The notes under the pieces are model-generated. The model ran no database searches and was not told the DNA's origin. It saw only the letters and a program-made list of their open reading frames with translations. DNA of 64,000 bases from an uncultured Thermoanaerobaculia bacterium. GTDB lineage: Bacteria > Acidobacteriota > Thermoanaerobaculia > Thermoanaerobaculales > Sulfomarinibacteraceae. The translations under genes and the position numbers were made by a program. The stretch is taken from the NCBI GenBank assembly GCA_964552395.1, contig CAZKGM010000003.1:50030-114029 (forward strand), read 5' to 3'. This document shows positions 1 to 9,092 of this stretch, in pieces (the first letter of the stretch is position 1; every line of letters begins with the position of its first letter).

Positions 1-879
1 CACGCCGCATGCCAGGAAGGTGAGGTCGTAGATCCTCCCCTCGCGCTCGCCCTGGTCCAGCCGCTCCTTGCGGTCCCAGATCCCGTAGTCGAGGACTCCG
101 TGGCGCGAGCGGAGCAGGCGCTCGAGCGCCGTCTTGGCGTCGTCGTGGACGTCAGCCGAGGCCAGCCGCAGGTTGAGCTCGTCGATCTTGTCGTCGCCGG
201 CCTTCATGTGGCGCTGCTCGTAGGAGGTGATCGGGACCATCATCAGGCGGTTCATCCACTCGTAGGCGTTGTAGGAGGAGTTCTCGCGCCACTTGAAGAC
301 CTTCTCCCGCATCACGCCGACGACCGTGTAGCGCACGTTGCCGACGCTGACCGCCCTTCCCACCGGGTCCGCGGTCCCGAAGAGTTCTCGTGCCCGGGTT
401 GACCCGAGGACGATCACCGCCGCCCGGGTCTCCATGTCGTAGGCGGAGAAGAACCGTCCACGCGCCATATTGAGGTCACGCATCTGCTGAAACTCGGGCT
501 CGATGGCGGTGATGCGCTCGGTCATCTCGGTCGCGCCGGCGCGCACCTGGTGCGGGCCGGAAATCTCCGCCACCACCGAGTCGAAGCCGGGAATCATGCG
601 CCGGATCTCGGCCGCATCGGATAGCTTGAGGCCGGTCTTGGCCCTCTGGCGGGCCGTCAGCTCTGTGTCCGCGGGCGGCTGACTGTACACGCCCATCAGG
701 AGCGTACCGCCGCTGGAACGGAAGTACTCGTCGCGCGCAGCCTCCTGACCCGCGGTCATGCCGAGGGTCGCGACCACGGAGGCGACCCCGAGGATCACCC
801 CCAACGTCTGCAGGACCGTCCTGCCGAAGTGCTCGCGCATCTCGACGAAGCCCTCGCGGACAAGCTCGGCAGGGCTCAT
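1..879 (-). CDS. MacB/FtsX-type ABC transporter permease (3' part runs off the window)
   Basis: Read manually: ATG at 879 overlaps the ATPase stop (ATGA). Translation MSPAELVREGFVEMREHFGRTVLQTLGVILGVASVVATLGM is a typical MacB permease N-terminus. Confidence 0.85.
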   Translation of the reverse strand, partial: MSPAELVREGFVEMREHFGRTVLQTLGVILGVASVVATLGMTAGQEAARDEYFRSSGGTLLMGVYSQPPADTELTARQRAKTGLKLSDAAEIRRMIPGFDSVVAEISGPHQVRAGATEMTERITAIEPEFQQMRDLNMARGRFFSAYDMETRAAVIVLGSTRARELFGTADPVGRAVSVGNVRYTVVGVMREKVFKWRENSSYNAYEWMNRLMMVPITSYEQRHMKAGDDKIDELNLRLASADVHDDAKTALERLLRSRHGVLDYGIWDRKERLDQGEREGRIYDLTFLACGV

Positions 880-1568
880 GCCGCCGCTCGCTGCTCGGAC
901 TGGATCAGCCCGTCGACCAGGGTCACGACACGCTGCGCCCGGGTCGCGACCCCCTGGTCGTGGGTCACGACGATGAGGGTCTGGCCGGAACGGTGAAGCT
1001 CGTCGAAGATGTCCAGGATCTCCAGCCCCGTGACCTGGTCCAGGTTGCCGGTTGGCTCGTCGGCCATCACCACCGCCGGCTCACTGACCAGAGCACGCGC
1101 TATCGCCGCCCGCTGGCGCTGACCGCCCGAGAGCTCATTGGGCCGGTGGCGATGGCGGTCGGAAAGGCCGACCAGCTCGAGGGCCGCGCGGGCGCGGCGA
1201 CGACGTTCGCTGCGCCCGACCCCGGCGTAGAGCAACGGCAGCTCGACGTTGCGCAGCAGGCTGGCCCGCGGCAGGAGGTTGAAGTTCTGGAAGATGAAGC
1301 CGATCGCTCGGCTTCTCAGGTGGGCAAGCCGGCGCCGCGAGAGCTCCGCAACCTCCTCGCCTTCCAGGCGGTAGGAGCCGCTGGTCGGCGTGTCCAGGAG
1401 GCCGAAGATATGCATCAGCGTTGACTTGCCGGAGCCGGACGGTCCCATGATGGCCAGGTACTCGCCCCGCTTGATTGAGAGGTCGATCCCACGCAGCGCC
1501 TCGACCGCCAGATCGCCCTCGCCGTACACCTTGCGGACTCCCTCGAGCTCGATCAGCGCGTCGCTCAC
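876..1568 (-). CDS. ABC transporter ATP-binding protein (MacB/LolD type)
   Basis: Walker A GPSGSGKS, signature LSGGQRQR, Walker B VVMADEP, H-loop VTHD. Start moved to the GTG overlapping the upstream stop. Confidence 0.92.
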   Translation of the reverse strand: MSDALIELEGVRKVYGEGDLAVEALRGIDLSIKRGEYLAIMGPSGSGKSTLMHIFGLLDTPTSGSYRLEGEEVAELSRRRLAHLRSRAIGFIFQNFNLLPRASLLRNVELPLLYAGVGRSERRRRARAALELVGLSDRHRHRPNELSGGQRQRAAIARALVSEPAVVMADEPTGNLDQVTGLEILDIFDELHRSGQTLIVVTHDQGVATRAQRVVTLVDGLIQSEQRAAA

Positions 1569-2809
1569 GACCGTGTCTCCGGCGGCTTCGTCGGGTCGGC
1601 GAGCGCCACCTCGTCGCCCTTGGCCAGACCCTTGAGGATCTCGACGTCGGTGGTGGAGGAGATGCCGCTCTCCACATGCCGCTCCTCGAACCAGCGCCGC
1701 CACTGCTGGCGGGGATCCTCGCGCCAGTCGTCCCCGTTCTTCCCCTTCTCGCCTTCGGACGCCTTCTCGGCCTCGGCCGCCTTCTTGCCGTTGACCGCCT
1801 TCTTGGGCAGCGGCGTCTTCCGCTTCAGGTAGACAACCTCATCGTCGCCGCGCAAGAAAACGGACTCCACCGGCACCGTGAGCACGTCCTTGTGCTCCTC
1901 GCCGCGGATCTCGATGTTGGCCGTCATCCCGGTGCGCAGCTCCTTGCCCAGCCGGTCGAGATCAATCTCGACATCGAACACCTTCACCTGGTTGTCGAGC
2001 CGGGCCGCCGGCGCGATCCTCCGAATCGTGCCCGGGAACACCAGGTGCGGGAAGGCGTCGAGGGTCACGCGCACCGGCTGGCCGTCGTGGATCTTGCCGA
2101 TGTCGACCTCGTTGATGCCCGCCTTGACGAGCATGCTACCGAGATCGGCGACCGTGGCGATCACGGTGCCGGCGTTGAACGAGCCGCTGCCGGTGACCGA
2201 CTCGCCCAGCTCGACCGGACGGTCGATCACGACACCGTCCATCGGCGAGGTGATGTTCACCACCTGCCGCGGGTTCTCTCCGACCGGGATACCGGACGCC
2301 TCGACGACCTGGATCTTGCGGCGCGCCTCGTCATACGTCTGCTGGGCCTGGCGGTAGGCGGTCTCCGCATTGCGGTTGACCTCGACCGAGACCAGACCCT
2401 TCTCGAACAGCTCGCGCTTCGCCTGGTAGTCGGAGCGTGCATTCTCCAGCGCGATGCCGGCGGTCTTGACGGAGCCCTGGACCGACACCAGGTCGCGCGC
2501 CTGGTTGACGTCCGGCTCGATGCAGGCCAGCAGCTGCCCCTTGTGCACGCGGTCACCGGCCTTGATCTTGAGGTCGACGACACGCCCGGAGAGGTTCGAC
2601 TTGACGTCGACCTTCACCTCAGGCTCGACCGTCCCCACCTCTCGCACCACAACCTGGACATTGCCCATTCTCGCCGCCAGCGTCGGCACCTCGGGCCCCT
2701 TCTCCTCGTCCTTGTCCGAGCTGCTGCGCCCCTTGGCCGCAAACGCCACCACCGCTACCAGGACCGGCACCATCGCGAGCCACAACCAGCGTTTCTTCCT
2801 ACGAGTCAT
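1565..2809 (-). CDS. Efflux RND/MacA-type periplasmic adaptor subunit
   Basis: N-terminal TM anchor, VDVKSNLSGRV and ITSPMDGVV lipoyl-like halves, GMTANIEI. ATG at 2809 has a GGAGG RBS. Confidence 0.88.
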   Translation of the reverse strand: MTRRKKRWLWLAMVPVLVAVVAFAAKGRSSSDKDEEKGPEVPTLAARMGNVQVVVREVGTVEPEVKVDVKSNLSGRVVDLKIKAGDRVHKGQLLACIEPDVNQARDLVSVQGSVKTAGIALENARSDYQAKRELFEKGLVSVEVNRNAETAYRQAQQTYDEARRKIQVVEASGIPVGENPRQVVNITSPMDGVVIDRPVELGESVTGSGSFNAGTVIATVADLGSMLVKAGINEVDIGKIHDGQPVRVTLDAFPHLVFPGTIRRIAPAARLDNQVKVFDVEIDLDRLGKELRTGMTANIEIRGEEHKDVLTVPVESVFLRGDDEVVYLKRKTPLPKKAVNGKKAAEAEKASEGEKGKNGDDWREDPRQQWRRWFEERHVESGISSTTDVEILKGLAKGDEVALADPTKPPETRS

Positions 2810-2995
2810 TCCAGCCTCCACACCCGGCGTTGCCGGACCTCCAGTTGTTCTACGCATGAGCGAGTGGGAAGTTCTCAGCTCCGACTCGGCTCCGCGCGCC
2901 TCCACCCGGCGCGTCGGCTCCAGGACCTACACCGCGCTCACCCTGGTCCTACGGATTCCCGATACCCTCTGTCCAGGGGTGGGAGTGAGAACGTC

Positions 2996-3412
2996 CTACC
3001 AGTCAGGAAAGGGGCGCTTGAGCCAGGTCCGGACCACGGCGTCGCGCTGGCCGCTCAAGAGATCGTCGGCCGCGGGGGTGCGCTGGACGTCGCCCTCCAC
3101 CTTCTTGAGCAGGAAGGCGAGCACAAGGACGATCAGCGACGGGAAGATCAGGTAACCCACGTCCGGGGGGTGAAGATCGCCGCGGGCGAGGCCGAAGAAG
3201 AACACCAGGATCGGCAGGCCGAGGAGCCCGATCTGTGCCAGCGCCGCATACATCTGATGCGCAGCCAGCCGCTTGAACCGCTCGAGCTCATGTGTCGACG
3301 CGATCACCTTCACCTCGCGCCGAAACCGTCCCAGCTCGAGACCGCCCCACAGCAGATTGACCAGCGCCAGCCCGAGCAGGCCGAGGATCACGTACAGCAG
3401 CTCCTCACGCAT
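2996..3412 (-). CDS. Hypothetical membrane protein (about 3 TM)
   Basis: 138 aa ORF with hydrophobic segments and a GGAGG-like RBS; same strand as its neighbours. Confidence 0.7.
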   Translation of the reverse strand: MREELLYVILGLLGLALVNLLWGGLELGRFRREVKVIASTHELERFKRLAAHQMYAALAQIGLLGLPILVFFFGLARGDLHPPDVGYLIFPSLIVLVLAFLLKKVEGDVQRTPAADDLLSGQRDAVVRTWLKRPFPDW

Positions 3413-3463
3413 GGGCTCCTCCCTGAGACCCTTGTTCCCTTTCCCGAACCATCTGCTCGCAGT

Positions 3464-6400
3464 CTACTGCGGCGGCACGCCCCGCCCGAGGGTGACGTAG
3501 AACCTGCCGCCAACCGTTGCCGGATCATCCTCGTACCCGAGGGCGTCAAAGTCCATCCGATGTCTCACCTCCGGAAAACGCGCCAGGGCCTCGTCCGGCA
3601 GTGTCGTTCCCCTGGCCGCCCGGTGACACCGCCGGCACTGGACTGCCTCGACGCTGTGGCAGTCGCCACAGCTCAGCGCCCTGTGGTCCGGCACCACCTC
3701 GTGGTGCACCGACGAGTAGCTCACGGTCTGGACGAAGGCATGGCGCCCGGAGTAGGGCAGGCCCATGCGCTCCATGCCGGTGCGGATCGCCGCCTGCCAG
3801 TCGAGGCCGCTCGAGGATCGATCCCAGAGCTCGGCCACGACCAACGTTCGGTTCTCCTCGTCAAACGGCTGGACCGCGGTGTGGCGCTTGAACGGGAAGA
3901 TCCGCGCCCGAGGGTTGCGCCTCTCCCCCACCGGGGCGCTGAGCACGACCGCCTTGGTGGGATCGATCCGATCCCCGGCCAGCGAGAGCGTGTGCGAGCC
4001 GTCGTACCAGAGGTAGACGGGCGTCACGTCCATGCCCCAGACGAGGGTACCGAACCTGGGATCATACGTCTGCATACCGCCGGGACCTCTCTCCACGCTC
4101 CTGTCCTGCCCGGCCGTGGAAAAGTCCTGGGCCAAGAGCGTGGGAGCCGTTCGTGCCAACGAGGGAATGTGGCAGGTCTCGCACGCCACGCTCTTGACGT
4201 GGTCGTCCAGGTGTCGGCTCAGGACCCCGGTCATACCGTGAGGCGAGGCGCCGTGGCACCTCTCACACTCGACCGTTCCTTCCACCGCCGGCACCAGAAG
4301 CGACCTGCCAGAGATCCTGTGGGCGACGGTGGTGTGGCAGTCCTGGCAACGCATGGCGAGAGCCCCCATGTGCACGTCGAGCTCCGCCGGCGGATCGGCC
4401 AGCGCCGGCTCGAGGTCCCCGTGCTTGGCGTTGGGGAAGCCGCCGCTCGAGAAGTGGCAGCCGCCGCAGGTCTGCCTGGACGGGCGCCCCACCGCTCTGG
4501 CGACGACCGCCAAATCTACGGTCGGATCGGGCATCCCGGCCGTGCCGGGGTCCTTCCGGTACAGGCCGGTCGTGTCATGGCACACCAGGCAATCGATGTT
4601 GTCTGCGTCGTTCAGGTCGAAGCCGGCGTCCGCCCAACCATAGCCGATGTGGCAGGCGGCGCACCGGCCCGGCTCCGTGCCGATCCCGAGGAAGTAGTTG
4701 CCGACGACACTGGTGAGGCTGACATCGACCCGGTGCTCGGAGCCAACGAGCGTCGGCGAGCGCCCTTTCCAGCTCCAGTGCGCGGTACCCATGATGTCCT
4801 CCCCGACATCCGCATGACAGGTCAGGCAGGTTTGGGTCACCTGTTGTGGGGCCGGCCGCTCGCCCAGCGCCACCAACGTCGAGTGGTCGGGCGTCCAGGG
4901 GTGGTGGCAAGCTTTGCAGTCGGCTGGGGCGTTGGCCATCCGGGTCTGCTTCTCGTGGCATCCGATGCACTGCCGGTGGTAGGCGCCCTTGAGGCCGATA
5001 CGGGACGGCGCGTCGGCCTCGTTCGGCAGGCCGTGGCAACGGGAGCAGCTCTGCGGCGGGTTGGAGGCCATGTTCTCGTGGCACGAAGCGCACGGCCCGC
5101 CCAGCCGAACGTCGATGGCCGCGTGAAGCGCCTTGATGTCCTCTCCGATGCGATCGTCCGCCGACATCGCGTAGCGGTGATGGCAGACACCGCAATCGCC
5201 ACCAGTGAGCGCGTCGTGGATCCGGTGCGCGAACCCCACGGGCTCGTAGTCGTCGGTCTTCTCATTGAGAATCGGGCTCTCGAGCAGGTAGAAGTTCTTG
5301 TAGGCCAGCGGTCGCTGCGGGTAGGCCGGACCCGGCAAGGCCGCCGCTTCGGCCTGCGTCATCTTGAGGCGATGGATCTCTTGCACGGTCTGCGCCGAGG
5401 CATGGAGCGCCTCCCCGTGGACGAAGCTGTAGAGCGCGACAAAACCGAGCAGGAAGAGAACGCCCACGGAACGGAAGACGAAACCAAGGCGCCGGGAGAT
5501 CGGAACCGGTGGCCCGACCAGCGAGGCGGGCGGCTCGGCGGCCCCCACCCGCTCCACCCACAGGACCGGGAAGAACGTGACGAACAGCCGGTAGAGGAAC
5601 ACGATCGTGCACACAACGAACAGCGTCAGGGCAATCTCGCCGATCGACGGGAAGTAGCGGTGGGTCTCATACGCAGGACGATAGCCCACGAGGAAGACGT
5701 TGATGCGGTTCATCACGACACCGAAGACCACCATCAGCGAGGCCGTGAGCAGCCATCCCGGGGATCTCCGCACGGGCTTCCACAGCAGGATAACGAACGG
5801 CACGATGAGGCCGATGACGACCTCCACCGCAAAGGCAATCGTGGTCCCGGGGTTGCTGACGAAGCTGATGGTTCCCAGCCTACTCAGCAGGTCGGCCGCC
5901 TTGGCCAGGGCATAGATGCCGATAAGGATCGGCACCTTTGTGGCAAGTCTCTCCAGGACGTCCATCTCGGGCTCCAGGCCCAGACTCTTGTGGGCCAGGA
6001 TGGACTCGACAATGAGCATGGGAAACCCAACCATGATGGCGGACAGCAGGAACAGGACCGGCAGGAAGGACGAGTACCAGATCGGGTCCAGCTTGGTCGG
6101 CGCGATCACCATCAGCGTGCCGAGCGAGGACTGGTGCATGCAGGACAGCACCACGCCGGCAACAATGAAGATCGGCAGCACCGCCCGGACAAAGGCCCGA
6201 GCCACCCGCACCGGCTCCTTCAGGCGCTCGAGCCAGGTGACGTCCCGGCTGTGCTCTTCCAGGTAGTCCCTAACGCCGCCCAGAACCGCCGGCGCCATCT
6301 CGATCGTCAACACGAGCAGGTACGCGACCACACAGATGCCCACCTCGAACAGCACCGAGTTACCCTGCCAGAAGAACACCGGCCGCCAGATGTTCCACCA

Positions 6401-6739
6401 GCGGCCAAGGTCGAAGATCAGGGCAACCGCCACGAACAGGTACCCGAGCCAGGCGGTGAGGATGGCCGGACGCAGCAGCCGCTTGAAGGAGTGTTGCCAG
6501 AAGATCTCGATCAGGGCCGCCGCCGTGAACCCGCCCGCCGCCAGCGCGACCCCGCAGGCGACGTCGATCGCGATCCAGATCCCCCACGGGTGCTGGTTGT
6601 CGAGGTTGGTCACGGCACCGAGACCGTTGAAAATCCGTCCGAGGCCGAACGCCAGGCCAACGCCCATGAAGACCATGAGGAGGATCGTCCCCGAGGTCAG
6701 GAACGGGACGCCGGTGCGGGAACGGGGCTCAAGCCTCAT
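3464..6739 (-). CDS. NrfD/HybB-type membrane anchor fused to a 14-CxxCH multiheme cytochrome c (c3-like 5-heme region plus OTR-like region)
   Basis: N-terminal PWGIWIAIDVACGVALAAGGF, FDLGR and HQSSLG (HybB/HmcC family). 14 CxxCH motifs counted. The C-terminal ~470 aa follows the octaheme tetrathionate reductase pattern (HWSW, GYGW, KHGDL, DVHM, PFKRH, DALGY). Confidence 0.88.
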   Translation of the reverse strand: MRLEPRSRTGVPFLTSGTILLMVFMGVGLAFGLGRIFNGLGAVTNLDNQHPWGIWIAIDVACGVALAAGGFTAAALIEIFWQHSFKRLLRPAILTAWLGYLFVAVALIFDLGRWWNIWRPVFFWQGNSVLFEVGICVVAYLLVLTIEMAPAVLGGVRDYLEEHSRDVTWLERLKEPVRVARAFVRAVLPIFIVAGVVLSCMHQSSLGTLMVIAPTKLDPIWYSSFLPVLFLLSAIMVGFPMLIVESILAHKSLGLEPEMDVLERLATKVPILIGIYALAKAADLLSRLGTISFVSNPGTTIAFAVEVVIGLIVPFVILLWKPVRRSPGWLLTASLMVVFGVVMNRINVFLVGYRPAYETHRYFPSIGEIALTLFVVCTIVFLYRLFVTFFPVLWVERVGAAEPPASLVGPPVPISRRLGFVFRSVGVLFLLGFVALYSFVHGEALHASAQTVQEIHRLKMTQAEAAALPGPAYPQRPLAYKNFYLLESPILNEKTDDYEPVGFAHRIHDALTGGDCGVCHHRYAMSADDRIGEDIKALHAAIDVRLGGPCASCHENMASNPPQSCSRCHGLPNEADAPSRIGLKGAYHRQCIGCHEKQTRMANAPADCKACHHPWTPDHSTLVALGERPAPQQVTQTCLTCHADVGEDIMGTAHWSWKGRSPTLVGSEHRVDVSLTSVVGNYFLGIGTEPGRCAACHIGYGWADAGFDLNDADNIDCLVCHDTTGLYRKDPGTAGMPDPTVDLAVVARAVGRPSRQTCGGCHFSSGGFPNAKHGDLEPALADPPAELDVHMGALAMRCQDCHTTVAHRISGRSLLVPAVEGTVECERCHGASPHGMTGVLSRHLDDHVKSVACETCHIPSLARTAPTLLAQDFSTAGQDRSVERGPGGMQTYDPRFGTLVWGMDVTPVYLWYDGSHTLSLAGDRIDPTKAVVLSAPVGERRNPRARIFPFKRHTAVQPFDEENRTLVVAELWDRSSSGLDWQAAIRTGMERMGLPYSGRHAFVQTVSYSSVHHEVVPDHRALSCGDCHSVEAVQCRRCHRAARGTTLPDEALARFPEVRHRMDFDALGYEDDPATVGGRFYVTLGRGVPPQ

Positions 6740-7736
6740 CGGCCTCTCCCTCTCCGGCGCGACCGTCGCTGCGGTCGCCGCCCGCCTCTCGTTCCCCCTC
6801 GGCCTTTCTCTCCTCGCCGATGGCCCGGCGCCAGTTGAACCACATCAGGCCGGCCAACCCCGCGTAGACCGCAACCGGAATAGCCCCGTACTTGAAGATG
6901 CCGTGCTGGATAGCCTCCGTGCGGCTGGGCGGCGGGGCGGTGGGAAGCGACAGCAGGCTGACCTCCTGCGGCGGCCGGCCGGTGAGGTACAACCACGACG
7001 TGCCCCCGACCTCCTCCTCGCCGTAGATGTGCGCCAGGTAGCGGTCCGGGCGCTTCGCGATCCGCTCCTTGGCCAGGAGCAGCAGATCCGCCCGCTTGCC
7101 GAACACCAGCGCCTCCGTGGGGCAGGCCGCCGCGCAGGCGGGGTTCGCGCCGGTTCCGGCCGCAACATCCGTGCACATCTCGCACTTGCGGACCCGCGGC
7201 TTCACCGGATCCCGGTACTCGTACGCGAGAATCTCGAACGGGCACGCCACCATGCAGTAGCGGCAGCCGATGCAGATCGTCGGGTTGTACACGACCGCGC
7301 CGTCCGCGGCCTTGACCATCGCGCCGACGATGCAGGCGGAGACGCACGACGGCCATAGGCAGTGCATGCACTGGAGCTTGGCGTAGGTCTGGCTCTGGTC
7401 ACTCTGGTCACGGGAGGGGGCGCCAGGAAACTGGTTCACGACCGTGAAGGCGTCCGCTGCGGGGCGCCTGAAGGTCCGGAACACGCCGCGGTCGGTGAAC
7501 GGCCGCTCCGGCCGCCGCAGTTTGTTGCGCCGGTTGCAGGCCTCCTCGCACTTGCGGCAGCCAATGCAGAGCGTGGTGTCCACCAACACGCCGACGACGT
7601 CCGGAGAGCTCTTTCGTCGGCTCGCCTTCCCGGTCTGGGCAACTGCAGGGAGAGCCGCAGCGGTCGCCGGGACCGCCCACCCTATCTCCAGCAACGCCCG
7701 TCTGCTCAGCTTCACGACGACCTCCCCGCCGGTCAT
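6729..7736 (-). CDS. HybA/HmcB-like 4x[4Fe-4S] protein with Tat signal
   Basis: SRRALL twin-arginine motif; CIGCRKCEEAC, CMHCLWPSCVSAC, CIGCRYCMVACP and KCEMC; C-terminal TM helix. Confidence 0.9.
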   Translation of the reverse strand: MTGGEVVVKLSRRALLEIGWAVPATAAALPAVAQTGKASRRKSSPDVVGVLVDTTLCIGCRKCEEACNRRNKLRRPERPFTDRGVFRTFRRPAADAFTVVNQFPGAPSRDQSDQSQTYAKLQCMHCLWPSCVSACIVGAMVKAADGAVVYNPTICIGCRYCMVACPFEILAYEYRDPVKPRVRKCEMCTDVAAGTGANPACAAACPTEALVFGKRADLLLLAKERIAKRPDRYLAHIYGEEEVGGTSWLYLTGRPPQEVSLLSLPTAPPPSRTEAIQHGIFKYGAIPVAVYAGLAGLMWFNWRRAIGEERKAEGEREAGGDRSDGRAGEGEADEA

Positions 7737-8030
7737 CCGCTCGTTCTGCGCTGTGGGTCTCTGATTTCATTCTATGGTTGTATGACGACAATAGCCATAG
7801 TCTTGGCACATTCACGGTCTCCCGGCTCATCCTGCCGGTAGCACGTCAACGACCCGGCGGGAAGGCAACGCCGCCGGTGTCAGTGCATCGCGCGGTGGAG
7901 CCACGTGGTGGTGAGCGGTGCGGGCCAACTGAATGATCCGGACCCTCGCTCTCTGCTGCGTGCGCTCCACTCCATCACGGTACTCCATGGGCTTCGTGCG
8001 AGGCACCCCACCAGCTCGGGCTCGCGAGAG

Positions 8031-9029
8031 TCACTCGAGGTTCGGGAAACGCGCGATGAGGTCCGAGACAGCTGCCATCGAACGCTCTTTGGTGAGATCT
8101 GCATCCACCTGGTAGGGAACAATCAGGACCACTTCGGAGGTGGCGGCGTCGATGACATAGAAGAGGAGCATCGCCCCTGACGAGGGCGCGAATACCGCCG
8201 GGTTGGAGATGGATGCGTACGAGGGATTCACGCCCTCGACAACGGCGCCCGCCAACATCGCCAGAACGTTGCCGACCTTCCGCCCCTTGGTCTCCGTTAC
8301 CGCTCGGCACCAGACGTACAGGAGGTACCGGCCGTCCCCGTCCTCGGGTCTCACCGCTTGCCGGACCTCGGCAAAGGCGTCAACCTCGTCGAGGAGCGGT
8401 GGGAGCGAACGGTATGCGAGCAGTCCCGGGCGGAGCTTGCGAAGGACGTCGTGCAGCGGCGCAGCGACCTGACCCCAAGCATCGAGCAGTTGCGGCGAGG
8501 CCGACCACGCGGCCTGTAGCCGTCCACCGGCGCCGGCAAGCCGCTCTGCAAGCTCCGTCCGGAGCAGCCCAGTCAGGCGTTCCGCCTCCAGTGGTGCGGG
8601 CTCGAGGTGACCCACGGCGCCCACACCGGTCTTCATCTGAAGCTCCACGTCCACCGGCATCAGGAGGTAGCGGCCCCTTCTTGCCGCCTCCTGATCGGGA
8701 GGTTCTCTGGGAACTCCAGGGATCGGCTCCAGCTCGAGATTGACCACCTCCGGCGACTGTTCGTCGAGCTTCGTCGTGGCGGGCTCGTAGCCACGCTTCT
8801 GCACCGTGACGTAGTGCGGCGTCTCCCCGAAGAACACAACCTTCGCGGTGCCCGGCGTCTCGCCGTCCGACTCGAGCAGCACCGAATCGTCGAGGCTCGG
8901 CTGCGAGTGCTCGACAATCAGCGCCCCCGCAGGCTCGGACACAACCGTGAACTGGCGACTGGTCCCACAACCCACCAGCGCCACGATCCCAGCCAAAGCC
9001 AACCAACAAACTCGTCTTTGTCGCGTCAC
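8031..9029 (-). CDS. Lipoprotein with PEGA-like N-terminal domain
   Basis: Lipobox LVGC; VSEPAGA...GETP...VQKRGY is a PEGA-like pattern; GGAGG RBS before the GTG. Confidence 0.7.
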   Translation of the reverse strand: MTRQRRVCWLALAGIVALVGCGTSRQFTVVSEPAGALIVEHSQPSLDDSVLLESDGETPGTAKVVFFGETPHYVTVQKRGYEPATTKLDEQSPEVVNLELEPIPGVPREPPDQEAARRGRYLLMPVDVELQMKTGVGAVGHLEPAPLEAERLTGLLRTELAERLAGAGGRLQAAWSASPQLLDAWGQVAAPLHDVLRKLRPGLLAYRSLPPLLDEVDAFAEVRQAVRPEDGDGRYLLYVWCRAVTETKGRKVGNVLAMLAGAVVEGVNPSYASISNPAVFAPSSGAMLLFYVIDAATSEVVLIVPYQVDADLTKERSMAAVSDLIARFPNLE

Positions 9030-9052
9030 GACACACCTCCTCCGCGATACCG

Positions 9053-9077
9053 GCGCTGCAGGCGCAGGCTGCAGCGC
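9053..9077. other. Intergenic hairpin, 9-bp perfect stem
   Basis: GCGCTGCAG-N7-CTGCAGCGC. There is no U-tract, so it is not called a terminator. Confidence 0.5.
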
Positions 9078-9092
9078 TGACCGAGCTCCTGA

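Noticed and set aside
3464-6739. Plain tetrathionate reductase (otr) annotation
   Set aside because: The catalytic Lys/Cys positions appear substituted and the protein is a larger fusion, so the function was left open.
1475-6838. 1787 aa plus-strand ORF, and similar long ORFs such as 9162-11384, 34350-36332 and 37571-38956
   Set aside because: They lie antisense to well-supported genes and show no motifs. They are shadow ORFs caused by high-GC codon bias.
7804-7809. TGGCAC near the HybA-like start
   Set aside because: Wrong orientation for the minus-strand operon, and no TTGC at the -12 position.
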